Shown: positions 36,523-50,172 of the stretch, piece after piece
Layout: every line of letters starts with the position of its first letter
Numbering within the stretch: position 1 is the first letter of the stretch
DNA from: Azolla caroliniana
Lineage: Eukaryota > Plantae > Polypodiophyta
Direction of reading: 5' to 3'
DNA length: 64,000 nucleotides
Assembly: GCA_043228905.1 (NCBI GenBank)
Contig: JBHGNT010000018.1
Span: forward strand, 6,696,001-6,760,000
Translations under genes and position numbers: made by a program
Notes under the pieces: generated by a model
The model's input: only the letters and a program-made list of their open reading frames with translations
Database searches by the model: none
Told to the model about the DNA's origin: nothing

Positions 36523-37239
36523 GGGAAATTTTCCGATTGCCCTTCTAGTAACAATTCGAACTCCGAGATTTTTTATTTGTCAGCATCCGCTTCCAACAAT
36601 TGCTACGACACATGGTTAGCCTACCATCTCGTAAGAAAAGTGCGCACATGCGCGTCCGCGTCGGCTTCATCTTTGTATTTAGGATAGGTATACACGACAT
36701 TGTATCCTCCTCACAAAATTCGAATAAGTATTCTTGGTCGGACTGCTCCTTATCCGAACTATCGAGAAGTGCTCTGAATTCCCCTTCAACTTCTTGCTGG
36801 ATTTGTTTGACAAACTCTGAATTGTTGGAATTACCTTCTTCTGCATGTCGGCTCTCCGATCTCGTGCGAGGTCTTCTGCTTTCTACAAGCTGGTCCGTAT
36901 TGAGTCGACTCGATGATATCCATTCTCCTTGTTCTTTGCTTGTAGTAGATGTAACCGAGCATGCCAAAATATTGTGTTGTTCTTCCGACAACCGACAGAC
37001 ACAATAGGTCGAATGTCTTATGACCAAGAACATTCTATCAAGATTATTATTGTTGGAGAGATGGTATGTGTGGAGTCTACTGTTACTGGTTAGGAACACA
37101 AGCTACCCTCAGTCCTTCGAGGTAACTTACAAGGTGATTGTGGTGCAAACGAATAGAGATGCGTAGTGCGTGATCAATAGGGCGTAAGGAGGAGACGGCT
37201 ACAACCTAGCCTCCTTAGGGCGTAGTACCCAACGTGTAC

Positions 37240-39230
37240 TTACCGTAGTCCACGCCGCCCATCCTTTGTCCAATGCCACTTTCAATTGTGTTGTAAACCG
37301 CTCATGATTTGTTTGAAGGAGGATGCAAACATTGTTCGTTAGCGTTTGGGCACGGGCTTGCACTTCGTCCAGGGCCTTCTTGAGGTTTTCGATTTTACGC
37401 TTATTGGCCGTCGTTGCTTCCCCAGAGTAGCTCTTCATCTTTGCCTATATCTGAGACTCTTTTAAGTGTAGTTCTTCGAGCTATCCCATTTCATTGTTCA
37501 GGTGGATTTCCACCTAATGCGTTTATTCACGTTCACGCACGATCTGTTCATCGTACCATGCTTTCTTCCTTTCTATTAACTCGCGGAGCCCCGCAATGAC
37601 GGCCTCCGTCTTCTTTGCTTCCTCCTATAGCTTTCTCTTTTCTTCTTTCGTGCTGATTTTGGCTGCTTTCTCTGTGTTGAGCTTATCCTCAAGTGCTTTG
37701 GCCTCCCTTCTTCCTTTGGCCCTGATATCCGCTTCTCTGTCTGATGACTGGCGGAGTTCTGCGCGGAGTCGGTCGATCTCAGTCTCGGCTAACTGCGTAG
37801 CCCTTTTTGCTTTTGTGGTTATGGCGGTTTGAGCTTCCACCTCTTCTCGTAAAGTGTTCAACTCGTTATTATTGGGGGAAGGTCCAAGGATATCTTGCGC
37901 TGTAGTTGTGTTGCTTTCTAATTGCGCAATGCGCTCTTGTGGCTTCCGTAGTTGGTCTTGAGTCAGCTTGACTTCCTTCCAGACATTTTTATTTTTAATC
38001 GCCATATCCAGGGCCATATTTAATGGAGGTAATTCGATGCCCATACGGCGCATTCCCACGTTACGCTCTCTACCCACCTTGGCAAGGGCCCCCTCATCTT
38101 CGCTTTCCGCCGTACTTGTCAGCGCACGCTCAATCATTTGATGTTTAGCGTGCTCTTCAGCCATTCTCTGGGACACATTGATCTGCTGTGTCGCCAGAAA
38201 TTCCATGAGTTCGTATGTCGTTCCAAATTGCAATAGTGCGTTGAACTCATGGGCCGTATCCGGAATGTCCGGATATTTCAGGACTTCGCTTTCTACTGTG
38301 AGCACTCCTTTGCCACGTTGAGACTGAGCCATAACGATCGGCTACAGCTCATGGATTATCTCGAATGTGGTTTCGGGCTCCGTGGGGCGGAAGTTTCAAC
38401 TCATGTGGCTGTATCTTTTACCAGTCTGCACCCATCTTTCCGATCTAGCCCACGATGCTTAGGATTTGGGCTTCCGCGATTGAGTTTTGGGTCCTGCTCA
38501 CCCCTTGTTGTTGGTGCTTCGACGGTCTCATCTGGCTGCTCTGGCTGCGTTGGTTCCACGACAAAGGGGCAAGGCTGTGGTTCTTCTTCCCATTCTGTGG
38601 TTGCCAATTCTACTAGTCGCCGTTTCGCAGATCGTGGCGTGGGTGTAGGTTTGCTAGTTGCCGGAGCGGGGACTCCGTGTGGTGGAAACAGTATCGTAAG
38701 GTACTATTGAATAATCGGCCTTAGCTTCTTTCCGGCTTGGTCTTTCCGGCTTGGTATGTGTGGTCCCTCTTGCAGCGCCGGTCCCGTAATTACTCCCAAA
38801 TCTACTACGTGACCTTCGAATGTGTCAATGATAATGTCTGCCTTTTGTTTTGGCATTCCGTAGGTGTTAAGATGTACGCATCCAACTTCTAGCAGGAACT
38901 TTGCAATCTCCCGAAAAAATGGATCCGGGATTTTCTTTGTTCTGTATGCCTTGGCGGATGTCAAATAGTGTCCAAAATACCTCTCCAGTTCGTTAGATGG
39001 AGGAATTTCGAAGTGTTTCTCACCTGTTGCAGACAAATACAACTTCTTCCGGATACTAGCATTCAACACCGTGTTGATGTTGAGCTTCCTAGCGATGTCT
39101 AGTGCATCGGGGTGCGGTGGTGCTTCTGCTACCCGGATGTACCCCTCAAACCCCTTTTCCAGGAGCCATTTGTGCAAGGCTGCCGGGATGATGATCGGCA
39201 TCGTGGGTTTACAGGGTTGGTGCGGAGAGA
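37240..39230 (-). pseudogene. Fragmented additional ORF downstream of pol (globular N-terminus, disordered linker, coiled coil)
   Basis: ORFs 38704-39201, 38401-38607, 37625-38332, 37199-37438; homologous motif at 56942-57373. Confidence 0.65.
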
Positions 39231-39564
39231 GTTGGATGGGTGAAGCACGTGAGCTGCGTTGTATGTGGTACCTGTGGTATGTAGGAGCACGAGGAGAGTG
39301 AGGGGAACGAGGAGATAAGAAGGCTGGAGGCTATTTTCTGTAATGTGCAGAAAACCTTCTATTCCCTTCTTTTTGTGCATTAGGGTTCATAGGCCTGTGT
39401 GACATTGTGGCGATGCGTGTTCTTGTTTTGGGACTTGTGCATGCATAAAGTCCTTTTAATAGTCGTGAATATCTTCTCTTTCTTTTTTTTTCCAACAGTT
39501 ACTGGTACAACATTACTATTACATTTGTTACCCGTGGGTCCCGACTACTGGTTAGTGTGGGATT

Positions 39565-40017
39565 TGTTGAGAATCAAGCTCAACATAGCACAACGTGTGA
39601 ACACACCTTTTGAGAATCTATGATTACTCAAAGGTCAAGAGTCACACCACTACTCTCTACACATTAACTATGTGTCATAGAATCATATTCTATGACACAT
39701 AACTAATGAGTTACATATTCCCCATGACTATGAGTCTTCACATTCCCCAAGAGAGAGAGTGGTTGTTGTAAGTTAATGAAGAGGGAGGGTGACTATCTAT
39801 ATAAAGCACCCTCCTCATACTTCATACTAAGTCGGTTGTGACTCCTTATTATGCTACATTTTGTAATTCTTATTCTACTTGTGAAATATACACCTTCTTC
39901 TTGAGTATTCCTTTTTCTACCTATCTTGTGTTCTCTCATCTCTCCTCTAATTCCTCTCACACATACACATAACGCACATCTCTTCCGCTACACAAGAATC
40001 ATACCCGATTCTTTACA
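39565..40017 (+). mobile_element. Solo LTR
   Basis: TGTTGAG...TTTACA, TATA-like CTATATAAAG, TSD GGATT/GGATC. Confidence 0.7.
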
Positions 40018-43000
40018 GGATCCATCCGCCGTCTCCGTTACGGCGTGAAACAGGTTTGGCGGCGTAGATCCCAGTTAAGGCTTCAGTCGGAATCCGTTCA
40101 CTTTTTGGCGTAAAACTTCTCCGGTGAGGGTACCTAACTAAAAGGCCCCATTTTCTACCCCAATTATCCAGTATGGCTCTGTCCAGCGGAATCGTAACTT
40201 TCTTGGCATTGGCCCCATGCGCGTTTGAAAGACTAGTACGACTTTCCCAACCTTGAAGTCTTTCTCTCTTCTATCCTGATATCGATCTACAAACGCCAAG
40301 TTATGCCGTCATTGCTCTTGTTCTAATATGGCCATGCTGCAGACTCGAGCTTCGCCTAGTTCGAGTAGTTGTTGTAGCTGGATTTGCTTAGACTAGCCCT
40401 CCAACAATTTGTCGCGTACTTGAATCTGCAAACTGGGCACCTGGAATTCGATGGGCATCACGACCGCTAACCCAAACGCTAACCGGAAAGGCGTGGACTG
40501 TATACTTGTTTTGTAACTCGTTCGGTACGCCCACAACGCATTGTGCAACTTTGTGTCCCAGTCTGTTCTATTCTCATTCAATATCTTTTTTAGGATATTT
40601 GTAGCATCTTGTTCGTGGATTAGGCTAGCCCATTTGCCTGTGGGTAATATTGCGTACTCTTCTTGTGTACCACGACGTAATGGTGCGTGAGTTCATGGAT
40701 GACCGAATTCAAGAAATGGCTCCCTTGGTCGCTTATGAGCTCTATTGGGCAACCAAAACGGCACCAGATGTGTTCATAAAGGAATTTTGCCGTGGACGTT
40801 GTAGTATCGTCCCGTAACAGTTTGGCTTTGACCCACTTTGTGCAGTAATCTGTGGCCACGAGCACATATTTGTTGCATGTCCGTGCTGCTGCCATCGTAA
40901 AGGGAACAACAAAATCGAGACCCCAGTTTTGGAACGGGTCAAGCGGAAGTACTAGTTGGTGAGGCATTCTTGCGAGCTCCGTAGGTTGCCCCAAACGTTG
41001 ACACAGATCACATTGTTTACAGTATTGATATGCGTCCTTTTGCATAGTTGGCCACCAAAGACCCGCTTGCCATACTTTTCTAGCTGTGACATCACCTGCG
41101 TAATGTCCTCCGGTCGTACCACAATGAGCTTCGCGTAGTACGACTTCCTTCTCATCCTGCCGTATTCCACGCTGCCAAATGCCATCACTGCCTTTGTGGT
41201 AGAGTATGCCCTTGACCAGACAGAAGTTATGACTTTGGACTGCCGGTCGTTTCTTTTCGTCCGTCCGTAGTTGTGGTGGAGGCAACCCCGTGGTAAAAAA
41301 GTAGGTCATTTCCATGAGCCAATGATCCGGAAAATTCTTTTCTTCTCATGACACCGTGGTCGCGACCCGTAGAATATTAGCGTCAGGAAATTCATCATCT
41401 TACCACAATGCGTTATCACCGTTATCTATTCTGCTTAAGAAGTCACCTACGACATGCTGCGTACCCGACTGATGTCTAATCACGAAGTCGAACTCTTGGA
41501 GCAGCAACATCCACCTGGCCAGCTTCCCTGTGAACGTCTACTTCTCGACCAGGTAGAGTAATGCCGCATGGTCTACGTGAAACGTAAATTTCCGTTCGAG
41601 TAGATAATGCCGGAATTTGTTGATGCCGGAATTCGGTCGTGGAGTAGTTCTGTTTGGCATCCAATAATTTCAGATTGGCGTAATAAACCGGTCGGTACCA
41701 ATTAGGCTCTGTGAGCTGCATCAATGCACCACCTATTGCGATATCTGAGGCATCTACAAATACGTGAAAAGGTGTCGTCCAATCTGGTGGTTCTACAACT
41801 GGTGCTTGGGTTAGCATTATCTTTAGTGCCTCATACGCTTTGTCTTCTACTGCCGTCCACTAGAAAGGAGTGCGATGTACGACGACATATAGTGGAGTCG
41901 CAAAATCCACCAAGTATCGTAACATACGGTTTTGCTAGCGTATTTGTCCTAAATAACGGCTAAGGGCTTTGGCATTAGTCGGGGTCCTCGCTTCGATGAT
42001 TGTCGTGATTTGGTTAGGGTCTACTGCTATCCCCTCCTTGCTTACTATATGTCCGAGCAGTGCTCCGCTGGTGACACCTAATGCACATTTCTTTGGATTG
42101 AGACTGAGGTGTGACGTACGACAACGTTCCAAACAAAGCCGTAGATGCCCCAAATGTTCTCCTCGCATTCCATACACTGCAAAGTTATCGAGAAAAACTT
42201 GCATAAATGCAGGTATGTATTCTCCAAAAATCTCCACAACTTTTTGCTGGAAAGTGGCGGGCGCCGTTTTTAAACCAAACATCATTACTACGGCAACGAA
42301 CACGCTCCAGTCCATGACGAACGCAATCTTTTCTTGGTCTTCAGGGTGCATACGTACTTGATTGTATCCATTGAAGCCATCCAAAAAAGTATACATGTCA
42401 TGGCCTGCCACGACGTCTAGTATGCTATCCGTAAACGGTAGGGGAAACACATTTGTAATTGTTACAACGTTTACCTTGCGGTAATCCACACAAACGTGTA
42501 TTTTCCCATTCTTCTTTGGCACTACGACTATTGGACTCAACCACGTGGCTTGCTTGACTGGCCGAATGAACCCTGCTTTCAATAGTTTGTCAATTTCTTC
42601 TTTTACGCGAGCCACGTAATTTGAGGTCAGATCCCTAGAAATTGAGAGTAGTCGTGGCACCTCTGTCGTTCCGATGTTGACTTCTTCTAATGCAGAAGCA
42701 GTGACGCAACACGAGATTTCCATTTCTTTTTCGAACGCTTCTCGTGCCCTACTCAACTCTATTATCGACTCAGGATCAGGCTCATACTCCTCTTGAAGTG
42801 TACTGGTTGGGGCGTACTCCGCAACGGTTTCCATTACGCCAATTTCGAATAATGGCACAATCCATGGGTTTTCAGCAAGGTATGCCTCAAGCTCAGTATC
42901 CTCCAATCCTTCCAACATATTAATATCTTCGGCGTATAATGGCGTGATGCCCTTGGTTGGTGTCGCCGTTTCCTGTGTAGGGACACAAACTTTGCTATGG

Positions 43001-43263
43001 CCTCGTTGGAAGCTGATATAGTTATGCCACCAATTTTGTTTGATGTTGGCAGAGCGTAACCATGGTCTGCCTAGTAGAATTGGATATGCTCCCGGATCAT
43101 CTAATGCGAGTACCACCGTAGAGATGTCAAAGTGATGGCCTCTGACGACAATTCCTAATTTCCGAATTAACCCGAGGGGCCTTATGGAATGGGTGCTTGC
43201 CATACAGAGCTAGAAAGGGCATGCTTCCCAATCTGTAATGCCCAGTCGAGTACACGTGCTTGT

Positions 43264-44022
43264 TGTTGGGAGACAGGTCCCTCCGGATGGGAAGGGAGAA
43301 GAACAATGCCGATGAACAAACTCGGCCGAGGCCGAAACCGGATGACGAGTACCCAGCTACGGAGAGCCGGATGGTGCAGACCTGGTGAGAACCGGATGAG
43401 GAGTACCCGGCTACGGAGAGCCGGATGGTACAGACCCGGTGAGAACCGGATGAGGAGTACCCGGCTACGGAGAGCCGGATGGTGCAGACCCGGTGAGAAC
43501 CGGATGAGGAGTACCCAACTACGGAGAGCCGGATGGTGCAGACCCGGTGAGAAGTGCTCACCGGATGAAGAGACATATTCGTAAATATGTTTCTGAGAGT
43601 CCATCATGGCTATATTTGTAAATAGCCGAAAAGTCATATTAGTATAAATATGACTTAGGGCAAACTTTTATTTGTTGTTGTCATTTCTTGTTGGTGTAAG
43701 AAGAGAGTGTGTGTAACATTGTACAAAGAGTGAGAGAGAGAGGAAGAGGTCGTTGCCTCTGTTGTAACCGCCGCCTGTGGCGAAGATCGTGAGCACGAGG
43801 TCGTTGCCTCCGTGAACTCACTGTTGTACATTCTAACATAGTGATAGTTTGCAGCCTGTGGGCTGCCGTGGTTTTTCCCTTAGTTTGGGTTTTCCACGTA
43901 AACATCCTGTGTACTTTTCTCTCCTTTGTGTTGTGTCTTCACCTTTCCCGTTTTTTCTGTGTATGATTGTAAGCTCGGTTGTGGCTGAGAGTTGCGCATA
44001 ACGGAGCGATTAGTTCCCGTCA
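43264..44022 (+). mobile_element. Solo LTR inserted in the Gypsy protease region, TSD CTTGT
   Basis: TGTTGGG...CCGTCA; removing it restores the frame ISTSTCTRLGITDWE. Confidence 0.85.
43333..43552. repeat. 54-bp tandem repeat (about 4 copies) in the solo LTR
   Basis: GAGAACCGGATGAGGAGTACCCGGCTACGGAGAGCCGGATGGTGCAGACCCGGT repeated. Confidence 0.9.
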
Positions 44023-46929
44023 CTTGTGCTAATGACATTTACGCTGGACCCCCCCTCGATGATGGATCCCGGTATTTCTTGGCCCTTCAGTACCAATTTA
44101 ATGGCCGGGTTGTGGTGACCTACTACTGCTGGGCCGGTACTAGACTCCGCGAAATTGGCCGAGATGTCTAATCCGGTTGTGCCTCGTAAATGATTATCCA
44201 CCACTTGTCGGAATCGTGGAACCAAGTGGAGGAGCTTATCCATGGTCATCTTTATTTCACAGTCTGCCAATGCTTGCCATATGGGGTCCGATGATTATGC
44301 GTTATCGCCCGTCTGTAAGCGGGTGTTCGCTGATTCTTGTTTCATACGCTCCGCATTCACGGCATTTTCTTTTTCTACCCAAGCCTAGGCTTCTTTGCAT
44401 ATCTCATCTTGTTCTGCCCATTCTGTGTTTTTCGCCTGTTGCCGTGTCGTGACCTGTTGGATTTTGGCCGTGATTGTATTGATGGTTGGTTCCTTACCTT
44501 TGCGACGCGGACACTCCGCCGCATAATGACCGGGCTGCTGGCATGCGAAACAATGTACGCTTGACTCGCCTCTCTCTACAATCGGTGGTGTATTTGTTTC
44601 TGCCGGTGCGGCTTGCTCTTTCTGGGGTTGTTGAATTCGCCTGTTATTCCGGGATTGTTGACGATATTCTCGGCATAGCATTAGGCGTTGTTCACTTTTG
44701 AGCTCTCCTCATAATGGCGCCGGTCCCTAGGCGGACGATTGTTACCATTTCGACGAGGTCCGTTGAATCCTTTGCGGTTGTGGGTGGGCCTTCGATTGTC
44801 ATAGTGACGCCCCTCCAGATTGTAACGGTTGGTATTTCGGTACTCTTCCCCTTCCTGCTCTTCATCATCGGAATACGGGTTGTTGTTATGGTGGTGACGG
44901 TATTGACGCTCCGTTCTTTGATTTCGGTCTATATATCGGGGACGATCTTCTTGCCGGCCTTGTTCATTTCTGCGAAATTGTCGTTCGGGCTCCATACGGC
45001 GTACTACAGTTGTGGGCCTATTCAACATGTTGTACTCACATTGCTCCACCGTGAGTGGAAAATGGGGCAATGTATTCTCATATTACATTCTACCATGGAA
45101 TGCCCTGAGTTTAAACAGATTGTGCACAAAATGGCCTGGCGGAATCGATGTTCTTCTTCTTGGGGCAACACCTGCTGTAACGATGCCATGGACAGTCCTT
45201 CATCTTCCTCATCTAACTCGAGTTGTAATGCTCGCTCGATGACCATATCCGACGTGTCCCCTTTCACATAGTGCATGTTTAGCGTCGTCCAGATAGGCCA
45301 TCTTGGGGCTGCCAAAAACAGTTCCTTGGCCTCTTCGTTTGCCAGGGCCCGTGTAAGGTTCCATCGTAGACTCTCGAAACACAGACTGAAATCCGCTATG
45401 GATTCTGTGGGAAGTTGCTTGATGGTATAGAACTGCACGATTATTTCACGTTGTGGCACCCTCTTATGAAAAAAACGCAAGAACGCCGATTGCAATTGGT
45501 CGAAGGTTGTGATTGCTGCCAGATCCATTTGGGAATGCTAGCACGCAACCCGACCATCCAAAGTTAACTCGAACTCGGCCATCCTTGAAGCATGAGCTTC
45601 TGCGTTTGGAAAACGCTGCGCGATGTGATTAGAATTCCAGACATTGAGGAACGATCATAAGTGGCTTGTAGTGTCAGTTTATCCGTGAAAGCGGGGCTAT
45701 GAGAAAGACATTCTGGTTGCGATGGTGACGGTCGGCCAATGAAGGCTACTGACCCTGCAGTGTGGGCTACTGTGGCGTTTGTTCGCACTACTTTGATCGT
45801 GCGGCGATAAGACTTTGTGATCGAAGCCACTCAGTTCTGTGAGCATGGAGTCTACCATATACTCCTGAAAAGAGGAGGTGTGGTCGTTGAGCCGGGGTGT
45901 TCGCGTAGCGCGTTCTTCTGTCTGTCTGGTGATGGATCTAGTTAGTGGTCGATCTTGTCGCATAGGTTCTTTGATACGTCAACGGCTAGACATCCATTCC
46001 TTGCTTGCTCGGCTGCGAGGATTCACAGAACACCATGCGTGCCAAAAGTGTTACCGGTAAGGAACACAAGCTACCCTTAGTCCTTCGAGGTAACTTACAA
46101 GGTGATTGTGGTGCAATGGAATAGATTACGTAGTGTGATCAGTAGGGTGTAAGGAGGAGATGGCTATAACCTAGCCTCCTTAGGGCGTAGTACCCAACGC
46201 GTACATACCTTGTGTTAATTGTAACACAGTCTTCTACAGAGAACGAGACACAAAAACAAGACACCAATCAACCAATAGACAGGACACCAAGATCAGAGAA
46301 GATAACTATATTAAAACGACACTCTCATAATATGCTAGTCATTACAATGGTCTCTCGCCCTTTATATATACAAGGCCTCTAATCGGTTATGCTCCCTGGG
46401 TACAACTGTTACATGCGTTACTTTTAACGCTCCTAATATAATACTCTATTCTTCATGGGTTATGTCCGGCGGTTACAATTCTGGCGGACAACATCTAGCT
46501 TAGAATCCTATGTAAAACAATCATCATTCAGAAATTAATTACTTAAAACTAGAAGTTGTGATCTTGATCGACTGTTAGTATAACATAATCAATGTAGCAG
46601 AGAATAAGCTCGAACATTTGACATAGTAAATAGACAGATGGAGAATAATAAAATAGTCGACATAGAAATACTCTAGCTACAAAACTTATACTAAAACCAA
46701 AGCAGAACGATAATGATACAATGCTCTCGGTCCCTTTTTATAGGCGATCTGAGAGTCTTTTCCAAGATGATACACTTGCCTATTCGGCAAGAACCTAAAG
46801 TTATACAAAACTGTCCTATTTCCTAAATTACTATATTTTTTTATACTCAGCAAAATTATATTTTAAATTCTGTCTTTTCATACTGTCATACTTCGACATC
46901 GACTCCGACTCCGAATTTCGACCATTATC

Positions 46930-48500
46930 CTTCGGGTAGCCGACCGGCTAACAAACAACCGACAGTTGCACTGTCAAGCATTGAGGCCGAATACAAAGGA
47001 GCGGCTATCGCGACATGCGAAGCAATATGGCTTAAAAGGTTGTTGAAAGATCTGCGTGTGGAGGTGTCTAATTTGACTGTGATATACTGGGACAATCTCA
47101 ACAACATTCAACTAGCCAAGAACCCCATCTTGCATGCTCGCACAAAGCACATTGAGGTGCACTATCACTTTGTACATGAGTGGGTTCTCTCTGGTGAAAT
47201 GGAACTTGTATACATTCCCATGGATCGACATTTGGCCGATATCTTCACCAAACCTCTTGGCCTGGACAAATGTGGCAATTTTTGACAATGCTTGGCTTAT
47301 AGCATCTCAACTTGCCGAACTTGAGGGGGAGAAGTGAAAGCAGAAGCAAGAGTGATAACAAGAGATGAAGTCCGAGAAGCCAAAGTGGATGCAAAATCCG
47401 ATTTCGGAATGACCAAAGAAGACAAAGACGCATCAGATAAGAGGACGTATGGAAGAAAATCGGCTAAGTGTAGATTAACCAGATGCAGGGGGAGCAACCG
47501 AAATAGAGCGCCAAAGCCAAAGACATCCGAACAAGGGGGAGGTAGAACCAAGCGGGGCAAGATAGGTTGCAGAGCGGACCTGAAGATGGAAGCTAGAACT
47601 AGGACTTGGTCAAGGGCCTTCAAATGGACGAATTAGAGACAACCAATTCAAGTTAAAAGAGGGAATGGATCGGAGACAACCAATCCAGCTGAAAAAAGTG
47701 ATTTGGATGAGACAGATTATGCAAAGGCCAAGCCGACAAGAGGGCAACCGAAGCAGATGTCGATACGAGGAGCCGATGGGTGGAGGGGCGCCAATGCCAT
47801 GACAGTAAGGGAGCTGACAAGGGCCTGGAAAGTAGATGAGCCAACCGAAGGGGTCGAGCAGCGTGAAACCGGACAAGTCAAGAAGTGTTGGATTAGAGGG
47901 GTCAAGGAATGCAGAGTCGGACCGAACAAGGAGCACAAGCGAGGTGTGAAGACACCAAGAGATATTCAGTCCAAGAACCGACGGATGTTGAGACAAGGAA
48001 CCTCAAGTTGATCTTGAGAGGGAGTGTTGAGTGAGCAAGTCAACAACATTGGCCGAATTGGTTGAATAAGCTAGGAGCCGGATCAGACAAAGGCTGATCA
48101 ACTAGGCCTGAATCGGCTGAAGAAGCCGAGAACCAGATCAGACGTAGGGCGATTAGCTAGGCCGAATCGGTGAGGAGTCAACAGGCCGTTAGGGGTCTAT
48201 ATTCCTATTTTAATAAACAAGAATATTATAGGCTGTTAGTGTCAGATGCTTGATTGATGAGCATTAAAGTACCTGTCAATACTTTTGTTAGTCCGTTTGA
48301 AGGACTTGTATAAAAAGTGCTCTATGAGCACATTTGTAATGTACAGAGTCTTTTTGTAATAGAAAAGTTGTTGTCTGCTGTATCTTTGTCTCTCTCTCTC
48401 TCTCTCTCTCTCTCATCTCTGTGTGTACTTTGTGTACTTTATGTCTCGCATAACTCTATCGTAAAGATTGTGGTTGTGTGTCACAACTACTGGGGTTCTG
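46930..48500 (+). mobile_element. 3' remnant of a Bryco-like Copia (RNase H, extended tail, PPT, LTR from ~48025)
   Basis: KQPTVALSS.EAEYK, HARTKHIEVHYHFV, DIFTKPLG; GAGAGGGAG-TGTTGAG junction; boundaries approximate. Confidence 0.8.
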
Positions 48501-50172
48501 TGACTCGGGGATAATCGTGTGCATGGTGTGATGACAAGAAGGGGAGAAGATAAGATAGATACGACGTTGTCACATCAATAATTTTATTTGTAAAATATCA
48601 CTTACAATATTTGTTTGCCAAAAGTTACTCGAAATATCACTTACTTGAAATTAGCTCCTCTCTTGGAAATAAGGTTTATCAAATATACCACTTCAACTCT
48701 TTTCTTTCTTTATTGATTAAATTTTCTTTTCTTTATATTTAATATTTACAAAACATGTTTCCCAAAATAAGTTGTTTTGGTAGGATTCAAACTTACAACC
48801 TTTATTATGGAAGAGGCATTTGAGATAAAGCACTTCACTAATTTCCTTCTTTTCATTAATGTTTATTGGATTAAAGCCCAACCACCCTCCTTGAGAACCA
48901 CCTCATGCATGGGCGGTTGTTATATTTATTATTATTATTATTATTTATTTAGAAATTATAAAATCACCCGCATTTAATTTCGAACTTTGAGTAATCTTGA
49001 AGGTAAAATTGATCCTCCTAGAGGCCGTATCTTAGGCTTCTGAACTCCGATTCACAAACTAAAAATTCCTACATGCTCTTCGTCGCAAGCTCCAGATGGA
49101 AAATGTGCTTCTAAAGATTTTTAACATTGTTTCGATATTGTGAAGTCTCAACTTCACGACACCCATCGCCTCTGAAATTGGACACTTGTGGGCGAGTTCA
49201 CACCACTTCATTTTGATCCTCTTCAAAACATTCTTCATCCTCATGTTCTATGAAATTCAGTTCAGTGTCTTATTCCTTTTCCCGGAATCAGTGTTTGTAT
49301 CTCAGTCCCATCCAACTCGTTCCAGTAATAGGTAGCCTTATCAGTCACCTTGCATACTTTGTAAGGCCCAAACCACAGTTTTACAAACTTCCTCATTGTA
49401 CTATATTGGTTCTCAAGGCTACTATCTAGTACAAACACCTAGTATCCTTGTTGAATATTTCGTGGTCGTAGTTTGTTTACTTTGTCAAATCTTGCTTTGT
49501 TCTTTATCCAAGCTTCCTTCAACTTCTCAGGAGCCTTTCTACATCTTCTGCTTGACGTTGTAGTTGTCGGATACCAACAACTAGCAAGTCTTCTCTACTC
49601 ATCTCCGACTCCCATGGCAAGACAACCCATGTAGCAATCTTCTCTTCAATCTGCATGACCGACCTTTGTCCTGTCATGAGCTCTATCGGCATATATCCTA
49701 TCACTGAACTGTGTGTAGTCCTATCCGCCCATAATGCATATAGCAAGACCTTCGGCCAATTACCTACTCTACCTTTGCACGCCTTTGCAAGTGCTTTAAC
49801 TATCGGGCTATGACCTCTTTCTATCTTTCCATTTGCCTCTAGATTATATGTTGTTATCAATGATGGACAAATTCCAATTCTATCAAAGAACTCCCTTTGC
49901 CTCTTCATCGGAATTGAACTCACCTCTGTCAACCACTATCTTTGCTACACACCCATATCTACATACTATATCCTCTCATATGAATTGGCATACTACCGAC
50001 GTGGTCTTCGATATTAATGCCCTTCCTTCTACTGGATTTGTAAGGTTGTCTCTAGCAAGTACCAAGAATTTCTTCTAAGCAGCCCCCATCAACATTGCCA
50101 CTATATTTACCATCCATTTGTAGTGTACACCCGGCGAGTAGGTCGAGTGCGACTCATCTCTATGCTTAACGT

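Larger units (their letters stand above)
37081..46493 (-). mobile_element. Degenerate non-chromovirus Ty3/Gypsy (Athila/Tat-type) with a 3' additional ORF; 5' LTR 46049-46493, truncated 3' LTR from 37081
   Basis: Shared LTR start TGTTAC.GGT.AGGAACACAAGCTACCC; TSD-like TCTAC/TCTAG; Arg-like PBS TGGCACGCATGGTG at 46044-46031; RT CVDYRK/FLDGFNGYNQ, RH VDASD, IN WGLDFV/DYCTKWV. Confidence 0.85.

Noticed and set aside
43333-43552. CRISPR-like or coding repeat arrays (also 16300-17100, 29400-29720, 51400-51800)
   Set aside because: Contiguous tandem repeats with no unique spacers or cas genes; ordinary TE minisatellites
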